Positions 1 through 12,204 of a DNA stretch of 64,000 nucleotides are shown piece by piece. Source of the stretch: Octopus vulgaris. Lineage: Eukaryota. The notes under the pieces are model-generated. The model did not search any database and was not told the DNA's origin. It saw only the letters and a list, made by a program, of their open reading frames with translations. The stretch spans positions 6,262,001 through 6,326,000 of the forward strand of contig OX597842.1 in assembly GCA_951406725.2 (NCBI GenBank). Reading direction: 5' to 3'. The position numbers and the translations under genes were made by a program. How positions within the stretch are numbered: position 1 is the stretch's first letter; each line of letters opens with the position of its first letter.

Positions 1-390
1 GTGCGTGTGTATGTGTAAGTGTGTGTGTGTGTAAGTGTGTGTATATGTGTGTTTGTGTGTGTGTAAGTGTGTGTGTAAATGTGTGTGTATGTGTGCGTGT
101 GCAAGTGTGTAAGTGTGTGTGTGCGCGCGTTTGTGTGTAAGTGTGTGCGTGCGTGTAAGTGTGTGTGTGTGTAAGTGTGTGTGTGTGTGTGTGCGCGTGT
201 GCGTGTAAGTGTGGGTGTGTGTGTGCAAGTGTGTTGTGTGTGTGTGTGTGTGTGCAAGTGTGTTTGTGTGTGTGTGTGTGTGCAAGTGTGTGTGTGTGCG
301 CGCGTGTGTGCGTGTGTGTGCAAGTGTGTGTGTGTCTATGTGTGCGTGTGTGTGTGCGTGTGTGTGTAAGTGTGTAAATGTGTGTGTGTT
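1..390. repeat. Degenerate (GT)n microsatellite with GTAA/GCAA interruptions
   Basis: Direct reading; the ORFs here are VC-repeat artefacts. Confidence 0.95.
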
Positions 391-489
391 TGACTTGACA
401 CGTGACCACACCACCCTTCCGGAGTGTAAGCGACATAGAGATATGTTCGTAAACAGCGATGTGGATGCATGGATGGACATCAACATTAG

Positions 490-2140
490 TGGTGATGCTC
501 GTGGTGATGGTGGTGGTGGTGATGGTGGTAGTGGCGATAGTGGTGGTGGTGATGATGGTGGTGGTGGTGGTGAATAGTAACGATGGTGATGGTCATGGCG
601 GTGGTGGTGGTGGTGAAGATGGTAGTGATGGTGGCGGTAGTAGTAGTGGTGGTGGTAGTAGTGGTGATGGTGGTGACGATGATGGTGGTGGTGGAGATGG
701 TGGTGGTGATGGTGGTGGTGATGGTGGTGGTGATGGTCGTCGTGGTGATGGTGGTCGTGGTGATGGTGGTGGTGGTGGTGGTGATGGTGGTTTTGGTGGT
801 GGTGGTGATGGTGATGGTGGTGGTGGTGGTGGTGGTGATGGTGATGGTGGTGGTGGTAATGGTGGTGGTAATGATGGTGGTGGTGGTGGTGATGGTGGTG
901 GTGGTAATGGTGGTGGTGATGGTGGTGGTGGTGATGGTGGTTTTGGTGGTGGTGGTGATGGTGGTGGTGGTGGTGGTGGTGGTGGTGGTGGTGGTGGTGG
1001 TGGTGGTGATGGTGGTGGTGGTGATGGTGGTGGTGATGGCGGTGGTGATGGTGTTGGTGGTGATGGTGATGGTGATGGTGGTGATGGTGGTGGTGGTGAT
1101 GGTGATGGTGGTGGTGATGGTGATGGTGGTGTGGTGATGGTGGTGGTGATGGTGGTGGTGATGGTGGTGGCGATGGTGGTGGTGATGGTGGTGGTGGTAA
1201 AGTGGTGGTGATGGTGGTGGTGGTGATGGTGGTGGTGATGGCGGTGGTGATGGTGATGGTGGTGATGGTGGTTTTGGTGGTGGTGGTGGTGATGGTGATG
1301 GTGGTGGTGATGGTGATGGTGGTGGTGATGGTGGTGGTGATGGTGGTGGTGATGGTGGTGGTGATGGTGGTGGTGATGGTGGTGGTGATGGTGGTGGTGG
1401 TGGTGATGGTGGTGGTGATGGTGGTGGTGATGGTGATGGTGGTGGTGATGGTTATGGTGGTAGTGATGGTGGTGGTGATGGTGGTGGTGATGGTGGTGGT
1501 GATGGTGGTGGTGGTAAAGTGGTGGTGATGGTGGTTTTGGTGGTGGTGGTGATGGTGATGGTGGTGGTGATGGTGATGGTGGTGGTGATGGTGGTGGTGA
1601 TGGTGGTGGTGATGGTGGTGATGGTGGTGGTGGTGATGGTGATGGTGGTGGTGATGGTGGTGGTGATGGTGGTGATGTTGATGGTGGTGATGGTGATGGT
1701 GGTGGTGATGGTGGTGATGGTGATGGTGGTGGTGATGGTTATGGTGGTGGTGATGGTGGTGGTGATGGTGGTGGTGATGGTGGTGGTGATGGTGGTGGTG
1801 ATGGTGGTGGTGGTAAAGTGGTGGTGATGGTAGTGGTGGTGATGGTGGTGGTGATGGTGGTGGTGGTGATGGTTGTGGTGATGGTGGTGGTGATGGTGGT
1901 GGTGGTGATGGTGTGGTGGTGATGGTGGTGGGATGGTGGTGGTGATGGTGGTGGTGGTGAATAGTAACGATGATGATGGTGATGGTGATGGTGGTGGTGA
2001 AGGTAGTAGTAGTGGTGGTGGTAGTAGTGGTGATGGTGATGGTGGTGAATAGTAACGATGGTAATGGTCATGGTTGTAGTCGTGGTGGTAATGATGGTGG
2101 TGGTGATGGTGGTGGTGGTGGTGGTGGTGGTGGTGGTGGT
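490..2140. repeat. (GGT/GAT)n low-complexity trinucleotide tract
   Basis: About 1.6 kb of GGT with GAT interruptions; several frames open on both strands with poly-G/V/H/T/P products. Confidence 0.95.
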
Positions 2141-2449
2141 ATGTGTTTTTTTGTGTAATACGTGGCATCACTACCACCACTGACATACTACCGCTATACC
2201 ACCGCAACCACTGCATCAGCGACCACCATCGCCAACAACCCCGCCTGTCTTACACCAACACGACCAGGACCTCCACCACCAGCAGCAGCAGCAGCAGCAT
2301 CGGCTACATGAAAACCAAGAAGAAGACCGACAACAGAAAGCAACAGCCAAACCGTACAGCACCAAAAGCCAACGACGTGGGCGAGAACGAGGCGGGGCGG
2401 AAGTGTGGAGATGCATAAATAGCGAATGCCTGGTGTGTGTGTGTTTATC

Positions 2450-2557
2450 TATCTATCTATATTTATATGTATATATATATATGTATATGTAGGTATTTAT
2501 GCATTTATCTATCAATATATATATATATACATGTATGCACATATATGTATGTATATG

Positions 2558-2619
<62 letters not shown>

Positions 2620-2677
2620 ATCTATCTATATATATATACATTATACATATATATATGTATGTATATGTATGTATATG

Positions 2678-2738
<61 letters not shown>

Positions 2739-2942
2739 GTATTTATATATGTATGTATATGTATGTATATGTATGTATATGTATGTATATATATTGTAAA
2801 TATGTATGTATGTATGTATGTATATGTATGTCAAGTATGTATGTATAAATATATATATGTATATATATATATATTGGTTTCATACCACGTGACACAACAC
2901 ACACACACACACACACACACATACATACATACATACATACAT
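2450..2942. repeat. Compound (TA)n/(TATG)n/(CA)n microsatellite
   Basis: Direct reading. Confidence 0.9.
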
Positions 2943-3638
2943 AAACACTACCGGAAGTGTGGGCGCGATATATGGCGGTAGTTGTGGTGTTGTTGATGGT
3001 GATAGTGGATGCGAAGGCGGTAGTGGTGTGTCTTGCTCAACACCCCAATCCTCACTGCATTGGTGTACAATCACGTGGTAGGCGTAATGTAGGCGGCGAA
3101 AACTTTTTTTGTGAGCGTTCATGTCTAATAGCGTGGGTGTTACCGTGGGTGTGCAACACACATGCATGTATGCATGTATGTATGTGTGCACATACATCCG
3201 AATTATAATACCAGAATATTTTGGAAGTTTACTTCTCAACCATGACGATACGGGTTCGATCTCACTGCATAACATCTTGACCATACTTTAACCTTGGGTT
3301 GAGCCAAGAATTTTGAGTGAAATTGCAGACATGGAAACTGTATGGAAGTCCGTCAAATTGGAGTGTACCTGCAATTCTAATCTCTGCCGGAGGTTTATGG
3401 TAAGGGTGCCTGGGAGATACTCAACCACTTACTTAAGATATGTTTCACGGTTGATTCAACTCGAAAATTACATTAGAGATATAACTGCGGAGCACTCGGC
3501 CAGTTACACATTGATACAGCTGTAAAGTAGTTCAGCTAATCGAACAACTATAATAATTATCGTCGAAACCGACGGAGATCCATGTTTTCCTTCTAAACTG
3601 TGCACATAAGTGCATGCGTGTATGTGTGCACACGCGCG

Positions 3639-3670
<32 letters not shown>

Positions 3671-4027
3671 TGTATGTATGTATGTATGTATGTATGTATG
3701 CATGTATGCATGCATGTATGTGTGTGTGTATGTATGTATGTATGTATGTATGTATGTGTGAGTGTGTATATGTATGTGTGTATGTATGTATGTGTGAGTG
3801 TATATGTATGTATGTATGTATGTATGCATGAATGCATGCATGTATGTATGTATAAATGTATGTATGTAAATATATACATATATTAATACATATCAAAAAA
3901 AGAGATGACAAAGGAATAACGGATTATCGGATAATCTGTTATTCTAATGTCATCTTTTTTTCTTATTACCGTTCTGCAACCTTCAGAAACATAATGCATA
4001 TTAAGTTCTTCACCAGGTTATTAGTAT

Positions 4028-4358
4028 CACATGTGAAGGCGCGTGGCTTAGTGGTTAGGGGCATTCAGCTCATTATCGTAAGGTCCTGAGTTCAATTCCC
4101 GGCGGCGCGTTGTGTCCTTGAGCAAGACACTTTATTTCACGTTGCTCCAGTCCACTCAGCTGGCCAAAGCAAGTTGTACCTGTATTTCAAAGGGCCGACT
4201 TTGTCACACACTGTGTCAGGCTGAATCTCCCCGAGAACTACGTTAATGGTACACATGTTTGTTGAGTGCTCAGCCACTTGCACGTTAATTTCACGAGCAA
4301 GCTGTTCCGTTGATCGTATCAGCTGGGACCCTATTCGTTGCAACCGACGGAGTGCACC
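4028..4358 (+). mobile_element. tRNA-derived CORE-type SINE (family C here) with 8-bp TSD
   Basis: A box TGGCTTAGTGG, B box GAGTTCAATTCC, CORE-like TGTGTCCTTGAGCAAGACACTT; TSD ATTAGTAT at 4020-4027 and 4359-4366. It interrupts a PLE-terminus-like repeat also seen at 12.0-12.7 kb and 50.2-50.4 kb. Confidence 0.85.
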
Positions 4359-4534
4359 ATTAGTATTGCAATGCCTAAGCGAAATGCGAAAACACACACA
4401 CACATATACCTACCACGTGATTGACACCAATACGTTGACGAGGGGGGTGTTGAGCAAGACACACCCATGACAACCCTTGACACTAACCCCTTGACATCCA
4501 CTATCACCACCAACACCATAACCGCCACCGCCAT

Positions 4535-5850
4535 ATATGTATGTATGTGTCATTATTCAGTTTTATTTCAAGATTTCTCGCCAATAGAGAACGAGCCAGT
4601 TTCTAAGCTAGATCCAAGGCTCCTTCACTGGAATTTCAACATCAACAACAGGGTATTTTTGTATGTATGTATGTATGTATGTATGTATGTATGTATGTAT
4701 GTATGTGTGTATGTACGTATGTATGTGCAGATTTGTATGCTTTGCCTTATGTATGCATTCTCATGCATATAGCTGCATATCTAGACATGCTCATATATAT
4801 TTAAATGATAAACGTCTGGAAAGTTTTACAGATTCTTACAGTTCCGGAGATGGATTGGATCTGTAGTCTTCGAATTAGCTTTCTCCTTTCTAGTTTTGAG
4901 AAGCCTAATTTCTTAAGATTGGTATTTAGGCAATGTTTTACATATTCCAGGGTCCCAATAATTACAGGTATAAACTCGAACTTGTAACCTGGATAGAGTT
5001 ACTGCAGATTTCTCAATAGTTCAGCACAGGTGTTCTCTTTTTAACTTATCTTCAGCTTTATGTTAACATCTGCTGGGCAGCTGATTTCCACAACTGTGCA
5101 CAGTTTCTCTTCCCTATCCCAAATCATTCTACCAGGTCTGCTGTGCTTACATTTTATTCAGGTCTTCACTAGTACATTTCACCAATATTCCTTTTTATTA
5201 TGAGTGGCTATGGCTTCTACCATATTGTGGGTTCTTATTCATTTGTCCTCGGGATTATCCTTCCTACGGATTTCATTCATGTCTCATTGGTAGATAATAC
5301 CGTGATGACATTTTCGGACAACTGCTTATGATGTGGGTGATATCTTCAGTGTGAACTCCACAAAATTTGCATCGCTTGTCACATTTTACTGCTTTTCCTG
5401 CATCTCCATCTCCTATATGCATCAGGAACTTGATTGATATTTCCTGTTCCTGGATTGCAAACGCAAACCCTTCAAAGCGGGAGATAGTAATCCGGCTATT
5501 GGTCCTTGATAAACTGCTTTGATGATCGATGTTACTATCATCTCGGAGCTTTCAACAAACATATCCATGCATAGTCTTCTGCCTATATAGGCTCATCCTT
5601 TCATCTGATGATAAGTTTCGGTTGAGTCGTGCGACTTCTTTGAGCATGTTTTCCAGGCTACAAGACAACGAGTGTTGCTCAGGGAGATGCCTTCCAAGTC
5701 TTATGATGTTATCAGCCTCACGTATGCACACTTGGTCAAGGATGCACTTCGACACTTGGTGGTTAAATATGTTGCCGAAGGGATATGATGCGGCATTCAA
5801 AGGCATTCGGGATTGATGTTAAGCCTCTGCTGCCTTGTTTTCGTTTTAGG
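4535..5850 (-). mobile_element. 5'-truncated, decayed R4/Dong-like non-LTR retrotransposon (restriction-like endonuclease)
   Basis: Minus strand encodes CCHC knuckle DKRCKFCGVHTEDITHIISSCPKMSSRYYLPMRH and an RLE-like segment RPGRMIWDREEKLCTVVEISCP; 3' UTR has AATAAA followed by TACA repeats. Confidence 0.8.
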
Positions 5851-6027
5851 TACGCATGTATGTATGTATGTATGTATGTATGTATGTATGTATGTATGTA
5901 TGTGTGCATGTATGAATGTATGTATGTATGTATGTATGTATGTATGTATGTATGTATGTATGCATGAAAGTATGTATGTATGTATGTATGTATGTATGTA
6001 TGTATGTATGTATGTATGTATGTATGT

Positions 6028-6340
6028 GCAGATTTGTATATTTTGTTTTGTGTATGTATTCTTATGTATATAGTTACATATCTAGACATGCTCATATATA
6101 TTAAAATGATAAACTTGTGGAAAGTTTCACAGATTTTGACAGTTCCAGTGATGGATTGGATCTGTAGTCTTTGAATTAGCTTTCTCCTTTCTGGTTTTGA
6201 GAAGCCTAATTTCTTAAGATTGGTATTTAGGCAATGTTTTACATATCCCAGTGCCCCAATAATTATAGGTATAAACCTGAACTTGTAATCTGGATAGAGT
6301 AACGACAGATTTCTCAATAGTTCAACTTAGGTGTTCCCTT
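6028..6340 (-). mobile_element. Second 3' fragment of the same R4/Dong-like element
   Basis: Highly similar to 4725-5040; ORF 5763-6317 gives YPDYKFRFIPIIIGALGY...QIQSITGTVKIC; flanked by (ATGT)n on both sides. Confidence 0.8.
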
Positions 6341-6756
6341 TGTATGTATGTATGTATGTATGTATGTATGTATGTATTTCCTGGGTTGTGGGACCCTAGT
6401 TTGGGAATTCCTGAGTTTTGGGGAGTGTGGAATCACCCTTTAGGCACTTTACCCTTGTTCCCAGATCTACTTTGACCCGGTGTAGTAACACCAGATAGGG
6501 TCCTAGTTACGTGTTAGTTAGCATGCTAGGGCTTGCATACCAATGCATGTGAAGACCTTCATGATTCAACGCAGGAGAAGGCAACCGCAGGGGAAGGCAG
6601 CCGCAGGAATGATACGTGGAATGAAGAGGGAAAGATGAGGCAAGTAAAACCTATTGGTCATCCACTGAATTTATCTTCATCCTCAGTCGTTTTCATTGGT
6701 CTTGCCACTGAGTTAAAGATAGTCACGGACGAGAGAGTGAGGTTGACGGTATGCAA

Positions 6757-7409
6757 GGCGGCGAGCTGGCAGAAACGTTAGCACGCCGGGCGAAATGCTT
6801 ACCGGTATTTCGTCTGTCGTTACGTTCTGAGTTCAAATTCCGCCGAGGTCGACTTTGCTTTTCATCCTTTCGGGGTCGATAAATTAAGTACCAGTTACGC
6901 ACTGGGGTCGATATAATCGACTTAATACCTATGTCTGTCCTTGTTTGTCCCCTCTATGTTTAGCCCCTTGTGGGTAATAAAGAAATAGGTATGCAAGGCG
7001 GCGAGCTGGCAGAAATGTTAGCACGCCGGGCGAAATGCTTTGCGGTATTTCGTCTGCCGCCAGGTTCTGAGTTCAAATTCCGCCGAGGTCGACTTTGCCT
7101 TTCATCCTTTCAGGGTCGATAAATTAAGTACCAGTTACGCACCAGTGCGTAACTGGTACTTAATTTATCGATGCAATCGACTTAATAGCTATGCCTGTCC
7201 TTGTTTGTTCCCTCTATGTTTAGCCCCTTGTGGGTAATAAAGAAGTAGGTATTTCGTCTGCCGTTACGTTGTGAGTTCAAATTCCGCCGAGGTCGACTTT
7301 GCCTTTCATCCTTTCGGGGTCGATAAATTAAGTACCAGTTACGCACTGGGGTATGTCTGTCCTTGTTTGTCACCTCTATGTTTAGCCCCTTGTGGGTAAT
7401 AAAGAAATA
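6757..7409 (+). mobile_element. Head-to-tail array of three SINE copies (family B)
   Basis: About 240-bp unit GGCGGCGAGCTGGCAG...GAGTTCAAATTCC...GCCTTTCATCCTTTCGGGGTCGATAAA...AATAAAGAAATA; GGTATGCAA at 6748, 6988 and 7410. Confidence 0.85.
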
Positions 7410-7892
7410 GGTATGCAATTCTTCTTCCCTTTAAACAAAGTTATCAGTCATTGAATACGATGTGGCTTTCGTAAACTTAAATTCATTCATCGAAAAGAAA
7501 TTGGCAGTTATTGGGGATGCAGAAAAATAATTGTTTCGTGACCTGGTTATAGAACCACAATTTCTTGTTCGAGAATGAGTTCAATAACACAGACAGCTTT
7601 TGATAATGTGATTCTATCCATGTCCCGTGGTGGCCGGATTTGCGGAGTAATACTGTAAAGACAATTAAAATTTATTTTCTTTTTTCACAACTATCGGAGC
7701 GCTTCGCACTCCTCGCGAACACAGGTTCGTGAGATGGTTGTGATCTATAAACAGTTTTGAGTAGGAAAGAATGAACACGCAATGCGCATGTGCACACTGA
7801 ATTCGTATAATGGAAGAAAAAGAATGAAAACGCAATGCTCATATCAAAATGAAACGGAAGAGAAGAATAAATTCAAGTTTATATCAACGAAA

Positions 7893-8125
7893 TACCTATT
7901 TCTGTACTACCCACAAGGGACTAAACACAGAGAGGATAAACAAGGACAAACAAACGGATTAAATCGATTATATCGACCGCAGTGCGTAACTGGTACTTAT
8001 TTTATCGACCCCGAAAGGATGAAAGGCAAAGTCGACCTCGGCGGAATTTGAACTCAGAACATAGCGGCAGATGAAATACCGCTAAGCATTTCACCCGGCG
8101 TGCTAACGTTTCTGCCCGCTCGCCT
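7893..8125 (-). mobile_element. SINE family B
   Basis: Reverse complement of the 6757 unit; further copies near 12700-12865(-), 35655-35862(+) and 44370-44540(-). Confidence 0.85.
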
Positions 8126-8699
8126 GCAGGGACTTTCAAGACATTGTAGTTGGAGAGAAAAGGGGGGTGCAACAGCTTGTAATTATTACAGTTAATTAGA
8201 TTGAGCAGCATGAAATAAAAAGCTTTACTCAAGAACACAACGCATTGCCAAATCGAAGACTCGAACCCCCGTCCTTATGATCATGAACCAAACACCCTTG
8301 TCACTAGGCTATCGCTTCCACACGAGTAAAAGCTGTAGATATTTTTAAACAAGAAAATTGCAGCGAAGCTGCGTGATAGTGGCGTCAGACGTAGCATGTA
8401 GACTATCTCTCCAACTACAACTTCCTGAAAGTCAAAATTGGATGGTGGGGCTGACATCATATTGGATTTTAAAAAAAAATAAACATGTCAAACCTCTGAA
8501 TGCGCAACTGCTGGAGGTGGTAGCCCCGGGACATCTAGCAACGGACGTAAACAATCAATTACCGGCAGCTATGTGTGAGTAGCGAACACATCAGATAATT
8601 GTTCATTCTGCCAGCTAGCTGCTGCTGCTGATGTGTGGCTATAAGTGTTTAAAAGAACCCTCTTTATAATATGGGAGTTAAATTACTGACGTATGTTGG

Positions 8700-9090
8700 T
8701 TACTCTTTTACTTGTTTCAGTCATTTGACTGTGGCCATGCTGGAGCACCGCCTTTAGTCGAAGAAATCGACCCCGGGACTTATTCTTTGTAAGCCATAGT
8801 ACTTATTCTATCAGTCTCTTTTGCCGAACCGCTAAGTTACAGGGACGTAAACACACCAGCATCGGTTGTCAAGCGATGTCGGGGGTGGGACAAACACACA
8901 CACACACACACATATATACATATATACGACAGGCTTCTTTCAGTTTCCGTCTACCAAATCCGCTCACAAGGCTTTGGTTGGCCCGAGGCTATAGTAGAAG
9001 ACACTTGCTCAAGGTGCCGCGCAGTGGGACTGAACCCGGAACCATGTGGTTCGTAAGCAAGCTACTTACCACACAGGCACCCCTGCGCCT
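8700..9090 (-). mobile_element. Abundant tRNA-derived SINE (family A, internal microsatellite; resembles octopus OR-type CORE SINEs)
   Basis: Head AGGCGCAGG...GTGTGGTAAG...GGTTCAGTCCC, CORE-like ACCTTG(A/G)GCAAGTGTCTT, tail ...GACTGAAACAAGTAAAAGA; more than 15 copies or fragments in the window. Confidence 0.85.
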
Positions 9091-9609
9091 AGTTGTTGAA
9101 AATAATTTCCTACAGAAGTATGAATGTGAAAAAGAGACATATTACCTACTGTGAAAACGACAATATCTGCGCAGTCTTTAGGTGTTTGAGGTTTCCATTC
9201 TCTACCCATCCATCACTCTCTTCGTACACAAAACATTTCCTCGCTGTTTTATCCCAACTCACTTCTACTCACCTCATACCTTGAGGAATCACCCTGAGAC
9301 TTTCATTACCCGTATTTTATCTCTCCACCTCTACCTCAACTATTCCCACCCGCTCTTTAATATGGCGCTGTCGTCGGCGAACACAGATCTGTGACCGATC
9401 TCATGTACGCCGATGACGACGCTATCTTCGCCGCCAATGACGCCGGAGCTACGGATATCTTCTAAAACATTCCGGCTTCACTCGGCCTTATAGTCTCAGA
9501 ATCAACGCGGACGAGACGAAAGATGGCTCACCGGCCATTGTGTATCTTGATGCCATTCAGATTGAGCAGGTCTGGAAGTTCAAATATCTCAGCTCACTGA
9601 CATCAACAA

Positions 9610-9828
9610 GGCGGTGGCAAAAGATGGCAGAAAGCAGTGACACAGATCAATGCAGATTCTGTAACGAGGAGGTGGAACTTGCAGAACATCTCTGGCTGAG
9701 ATGTCCGGCCCCGATGGTGGAACGCTATATCTGCCAACTAGGGCTACAATGGATGAGATGATTTGTTTCCCTTCCACGGCTCTAGCGCTTCTGAGAGTTA
9801 TTCTTGAGGTGACCAACAACAACAACAA
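9610..9828 (+). mobile_element. Short 3' end of an I-group-like LINE nested in the RTE
   Basis: CCHC knuckle CRFCNEEVELAEHLWLRC, (CAA)n tail, 10-bp TSD ACATCAACAA at 9600-9609 and 9829-9838. Confidence 0.65.
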
Positions 9829-10242
9829 ACATCAACAACAGAGATCAATTGTTGAATCGAGTCTGCGAGTTCTGCATTCACATCCCTTTGATGGGATGTC
9901 CAGAAGAAGCCCAACATCTCCCTAAAGACCAAGATACGTCTTTTTTGCAAGCTAATTTTGCCTGTCCTCGTCTACAGCGTCGAGACCGGGGCCATCTTCA
10001 AACAGGACCTGAACAAGCTCAAGGTGTTCCAAGTGTGGCGTCTTCATCAGATCTTTGGTGTCTCTCTACATGACCGAATCTCAAACAACATCTGAGAACA
10101 ATACCAGCAGCAGCGAACCAATGAAGACCAAGTCCAGCATCGCAGGCCACGGTGGTTTGGCCACATCTGCAGGATGAGCACCGGAACACTGCCACACCAA
10201 CTTTTGTGGAAGCAGTGACTCACTCACTGGAGAATCCAATGC

Positions 10243-10553
10243 CTTTCCTTTGCGCCCTTTTCAAGCCTAGCCAGGCTCATGGGCCCGGTTTCCCGGTTTC
10301 TGTGGCGTATGTGTTCCCCCAGCTGGACGGGACGCCAGTCCATCGCAGCGTTACTCAAGAAACAGGAAGAAAGAGTGAGAGAAAGTTGGGGCGAAAGAGT
10401 ACAATAGGGATCACCACCACCCCTTGCCGGAGCCTCGTGGAGCTTTAGGTGTTTTCGCTTAATAAACACTCACAACACCCGGTCTGGGAATCGAAACCGC
10501 GATCCTCTGACCGCGAGTCCGTTGCCCTAACCGCTGGCCCATTGCGCCTCCAC
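10243..10553 (-). mobile_element. tRNA-derived SINE (family D head) with 13-bp TSD
   Basis: Head GTGGAGGCGCAATGG...GGTTTCGATTCC; TSD GAGAATCCAATGC at 10230-10242 and 10554-10566. Confidence 0.85.
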
Positions 10554-11454
10554 GAGAATCCAATGCAGCGCACCAAAAATGACTTGGGCGAAACAAATTG
10601 AGGAAGACTTGAAGTCGCAGCGTCTCGACCTCAAGCATGCTGAGCCGAGTGTCTTGGATTAGAAAGCATCATCACGAGAGTCCTACATTCAGTGGTACTC
10701 ACAGCAGGGTATTGGTTGAGAGGAGAGCCCCCCACCGCTTCCGCCACTCCGGTCGCCAGCTAGGGATTTTACTTACTTTTTTTTTACTTATTTCTCTGGT
10801 TTGAATAGCCATTTAACACCGCTACCGTAAGAAACTGTTCTGTTCTGCTCCTTTCACTTATGTATTAGATGGCTGCATATAGCTGTTTAGCGTCTATATA
10901 TAGAATATTCTAATGAATATACTCGCTGTTCTCAGCTTGAATCTGCTTACCAGCCGACGTTGATAATAGACAAGGGAGTGAATTACTGTTTTATGGCGTT
11001 ATAGGGGAATTGCACAACCGTCGTAACAATATTGCATAACATAGCTTAACATCTCATCTCCTAGCATAAAGTTGCCTCTGCTGTAGACCAAAGGGAATCT
11101 GAGTCTTGCTAACTGCAGTATCCGGTAAAAGTTTAAATTGGTTGGCGTTAGGAAGGGCATCCAACCATCGAAACCATGCCAAAGCAGACATTAGTGCATG
11201 ATGCAGTTGTCGGACACGTCGGACATTGTTAAACCCCCCAACCCATGCCAACATAGAAACTGGACGTTAAGATATGATGATGTGCAGAGTAAGGTTAGGC
11301 AAGAGAGAAGAAATAAAAATCCGAACTAACTTTCAAGTGAAAGTTGGTGACTAAACGAAGGAACCATGACAATATTTGAGCTTTTTATGTTTTCAAATTT
11401 TCAGCGATTTTATGCTAGGCTAGTGAATAATTTTGAAAATCTTTTTATTGTTGA

Positions 11455-11666
11455 AGTGATTGGATTGCGGCCATGCTGGATCACTGCATTGAAGAGTATA
11501 GGCGAATAAATCAAACTCAGTACTTACACTTAAGTCTGGCACTTATCCTATCAGCATCTTTTGCCGAACCGCTAAGTTATGGGATGTATACAAACCAACA
11601 TCGGTTGTTATTCGGTAAGGGAACAAACACAAATACAATGATATTAACGCACATACACACACATAG

Positions 11667-11728
<62 letters not shown>

Positions 11729-11882
11729 GAAAGGCTTCAACGCAGTTTCCGTCTACCAAATTCACTCACAAGGCATTGGTCGGCACAGGACTGTAGTAGA
11801 AGACACTTACCTATGGTGCGCTGTTAAAGACTGAACTTGAAACCATGTGATTGCAAAGTGAGCCTCTTGTCAACACCGCCTG
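11455..11882 (-). mobile_element. SINE family A (diverged)
   Basis: Colinear with 8700-9090. Confidence 0.8.
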
Positions 11883-12204
11883 TATATATACTTATATATA
11901 AATCCCGGTATTAGAACTCAGTTCACATATGCTTCGGCATGTAGCGAGTACAGAGCGTGACATGAAATTTAAATGAATTACAAAGGAACAGATGCTTTCC
12001 CAAATAAAGCTGCGTTTCATTTTTGAAACTCCAAAGATGTTATAAGCTGATGCACAAGGACTCGGCTGTGAGTGTACTGCATTTTATAGCAGAAACTGTT
12101 GTAAGCTAATGAACTTCATTTCTTGTTCTTCTCCTATTTGCTATTTACATACCAAGCTCTGTACTCGAATAACGCTTTATTCTGAAGTATATGTATATTC
12201 AGTT

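Larger units (their letters stand above)
9385..10760 (+). mobile_element. Decayed RTE-clade LINE 3' portion with two nested insertions
   Basis: RT motif DLMYADD near 9400, then IEQVWKFKYL, ISLKTKIR, RWFGHICRM and TWAKQIEEDL. Confidence 0.75.

Noticed and set aside
459-2216. Gly/Asp-rich 250-aa and His/Thr/Pro-rich ORFs
   Set aside because: GGT/GAT repeats are stop-poor in most frames; no unique domain or splice evidence
2380-3208. GC-box/ETS motifs (GGGGCGGAAGTG, CCGGAAGTG) and a signal-peptide-like [19 protein letters not shown]
   Set aside because: The hydrophobic run derives from GTT/GGT low complexity and the ORF runs into microsatellite; isolated motifs are insufficient
4033-4105. tRNA gene
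   Set aside because: A/B boxes continue directly into a SINE body flanked by a TSD, so this is a SINE head
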